A DNA stretch of 64,000 nucleotides, from positions 832,001 to 896,000 of the forward strand of contig CAWHAE010000012.1 of NCBI GenBank assembly GCA_963827235.1, in the 5' to 3' direction. Every line of letters starts with the position of its first letter. Within the stretch, counting starts at the first letter, position 1. This document shows positions 61,621-64,000 of this stretch, piece by piece. Below the pieces are notes generated by a model, which did no database searches, was not told the origin of the DNA, and saw only the letters and a program-made list of their open reading frames with translations. This DNA is from an uncultured bacterium. GTDB taxonomy: Bacteria; Chloroflexota; UBA5177; JANWHV01. A program made the position numbers and the translations under genes.

Positions 61621-63045
61621 TCAGGCGGTAGCTACCTGCGCCCTTTGCAGGTCGGCCTCCTTCTTGATCTGCTTCGCCTTGTCCTTCTGGCCGATCTCGG
61701 CGTAGCTCGCCGCCAATCTGTCCAGCTCGCGAATCGTTTCGCGGCGCGAGCCGGATGCCCGGCACTCGGCGACGTTCTTTTCCTGGTACTCGATGGAGCG
61801 CGCACGCTCGCCGCGCCGCCAGAGCGAGCGAGCGGCCACAAAGTAGGCGCGAGCCAGGGCCTGATGGTCCCCGGACTCGGTAGCGGTAGCAAGTGATTGG
61901 TCGAACAGCTCGCGGGCTTCTTCCGCTTCGCCCTTGAGATCGAGGATGTTGGCGCAGTTCCCGAGCGCCTCCGCGAGCTCCACGCGGTTACCGGCGCGGC
62001 GGCGCAGCTCGAGCGCTCGCCGGTAATAGTCGAGCGCTTCGTCCAGGCGGTTCTGCCCTTCGTATGTCCTGCCCAGCTCGGCCGAGGCTATAGCCTGCGC
62101 GCCTTCGTCGCCAAGCTCGATGTAGAGCGCCAGCGCCTTGCTCAGGCTGGCGACGGCGGCAGCCAGCATACCCTGCGCCGCCAGTGACCGTCCCAGCCGC
62201 ACGAGCGTGGCGGACAGGAGCACCGGATCGTTCAGGGTCTCGATGCGCGGAAGGGCCTGCTCCAGCATCTTCCGAGCGGCGTCGTGATTGCCCTGGCGCT
62301 GATAGACCTCTGCTATCGCGCCGAGAACCTTGCCTGCCTCGGCCCGATTATCCGACTCTTCGCGGATCCGCGAGGCGAGCCGAAGCCGATCCAGGGCGAC
62401 TGACTCCCGTTCCTGCCGTGCCGCGACCATACCACCGGCGTAGCAGGCCTCCGCGAGCAACTCCCGATCGCCGAGCGTCTCCAGCAGGGCGATGGCACGA
62501 GCAAACGTGGCCTCGGCTTCGGCCAGGCTGCCGATTTGCAGCTGCAGGCTGCCGATCTGCACGAGGCACTGCGCGATCTCAGGCACGTTGTTGAGCTGCT
62601 CGCGCATGCGTAACGTCTGCGTGAAGCCGGCCAGCGCCTCGGCGTACATCTGCATGGCGACCAGCGCGCGGCAGGCGGTGAACAACGAGGAGGCGGTGGC
62701 CTCCACGTCACCCAGGCGCTCGCACACTGCCACCGATCGCTGTGCCATGTCGTAGGCATCCCGATAGTTGCCCAACTGAGCGTAGAGTTCGCTCATATCG
62801 CGCAGTAAGGCGGCGGCCACGCCGAAATTGCCCAGGCGGTCGTGAAGCACAAGGCAGCGCTGGCAGGTTTGCAGCGCTTCGGCCGCCATGCCGTACTGCC
62901 GATAGAGGCCGGTTATCCTCTCCAGCGCAGTTACGGCGCCCTTGAGGTCACCGTCCGCCTCATATTCACTCAGGGTACGCTGCCACTTCGCGAGCAGAAT
63001 CCTGGCGGACGAGGAAAGCGGCGACGGGGTTTCGGGCAAGCTCAT
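61621..63045 (-). CDS. Stand-alone tetratricopeptide-repeat protein
   Basis: About 40-aa helical repeats throughout; AGGAG upstream of ATG 63045. Confidence 0.85.
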   Translation of the reverse strand: MSLPETPSPLSSSARILLAKWQRTLSEYEADGDLKGAVTALERITGLYRQYGMAAEALQTCQRCLVLHDRLGNFGVAAALLRDMSELYAQLGNYRDAYDMAQRSVAVCERLGDVEATASSLFTACRALVAMQMYAEALAGFTQTLRMREQLNNVPEIAQCLVQIGSLQLQIGSLAEAEATFARAIALLETLGDRELLAEACYAGGMVAARQERESVALDRLRLASRIREESDNRAEAGKVLGAIAEVYQRQGNHDAARKMLEQALPRIETLNDPVLLSATLVRLGRSLAAQGMLAAAVASLSKALALYIELGDEGAQAIASAELGRTYEGQNRLDEALDYYRRALELRRRAGNRVELAEALGNCANILDLKGEAEEARELFDQSLATATESGDHQALARAYFVAARSLWRRGERARSIEYQEKNVAECRASGSRRETIRELDRLAASYAEIGQKDKAKQIKKEADLQRAQVATA

Positions 63046-63416
63046 TGCACTCCTGGGTTGGCAGACCGCTGCCATCATTCATGATACCGTGTAGCACTGG
63101 TCGACCGCCCGACCCGCCACGCCCGGTGGTCTGATAATAGCGCAATTGCCGCCACTCCGCGCAGAAGTCCTGGATACGACCGGGCAGTTACCGTCCGTTG
63201 TCATGGTGGACGTGCGCGGCCTAGCAGACACGGGCCGAGCCCCGCCGGCTGCTGCCGGCTTCGCGGCCGGCAGCAGCGCCTGTCCCTACCCCCCCAGCCG
63301 CGGTTCGGAGCTTCGTCAACCGGCCGCAGCCGGCCGCGCCGCAGCCGTTCGACCGCAGTCGCTGGTTCCGGGCCCAGTACCTGCCGCCCTGCCGCGGTGG
63401 GAGGTACCGTTTCCCA

Positions 63417-64000
63417 TCAAGGCTGGATACCCACCCGGAACGAGCGAACCTGGAACGGCAGGATTTCGAATACCAACGAACGACCATCCACGTGCAGCGG
63501 ACCGGCAGCGCCGTCCGGCTCCTCCAGGATGGTGACGGCAGACGCCTTCTCGATCGGCTGGGCAAAGGTAAGCGTCACCGTGCCGCGGCGATTCGCGCAG
63601 TCGTACACGCGCACAATTGTCCCGTTGCCGTCCTCGGCCGGCTTCACGGTATCGACCACCGCGTGAGCGCGATCGCTGGACACAAAGGACGCCTGCGCGC
63701 TCAGCTTCGATCCACTGCCCGGCACAGCGCGGGCGCGCGCCGGCATGTTAAAGGCGACGGCAGCCTGCACCGTGTTCTCGATGCTCCAGTCCGGGCCGTG
63801 GGGGAGTAGCGCGTAGGAGAAGCTCTGCGTACCCTCGTCCGCCATCGGATCCGGCTCGATGCCGGACTTGAGCAGAGTCAGGCTCAGCACGTTGCCCAGG
63901 CATTCGTGCCCGTATTTCCCGTCGTTGAGCAGACTGACGCCGTACCCGCCTTCAGAGAGATCGGCCCAGCGGTGGGCACAGACCTCGAATCGCGCCGCAT
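63417..64000 (-). CDS. Alpha-mannosidase (GH38), C-terminal part (5' end outside window)
   Basis: ARFEVCAHRWADLSEGGYGVSLLNDGKYG...LTLLKS..PDP.AD.G and VKPAEDG...VRVY. Confidence 0.92.
   Translation of the reverse strand, partial: AARFEVCAHRWADLSEGGYGVSLLNDGKYGHECLGNVLSLTLLKSGIEPDPMADEGTQSFSYALLPHGPDWSIENTVQAAVAFNMPARARAVPGSGSKLSAQASFVSSDRAHAVVDTVKPAEDGNGTIVRVYDCANRRGTVTLTFAQPIEKASAVTILEEPDGAAGPLHVDGRSLVFEILPFQVRSFRVGIQP

Noticed and set aside
63248-63277. 12-bp GC hairpin downstream of the mannosidase gene
   Set aside because: No U tail and GC-rich context; at most an ordinary terminator-like stem.

Overview
High-GC bacterial chromosomal window, probably Chloroflexota (inference from a GAAC-N4-GTTC LexA box, WYFAEG-repeat surface protein, XRE-STAND regulator and F420-type PPOX). 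Housekeeping genes are gcvT-H-PA-PB under a singlet glycine riboswitch, gltB plus a frameshifted gltD, proS, ferritin, ctaG and azlCD. Sugar-use genes include a decaying LsrF/aldolase-SDR locus, an ABC importer flanked by two esterases, a DUF2090/PfkB pair, an MsiK-like ATPase and a partial GH38. There are several signalling proteins. No rRNA, tRNA, CRISPR array or intact transposase was seen. The top candidate novel system is a blue-copper lipoprotein (23002-23490) next to a membrane Ser/Thr kinase whose ectodomain is a paralogue of that lipoprotein with the copper site rewired (His to Cys, His to Phe, Gln to Val), behind a 4x11-bp OmpR/PhoB-type repeat array. The second candidate is a LexA-boxed decayed gene of an uncharacterised family followed by DNA-level GAAC repeats (52.3-53.1 kb). 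Also noted are structured 5' leaders on azlC and the msiK-like gene, several apparent pseudoenzymes and deletion scars. All calls come from manual motif reading; no searches were run.
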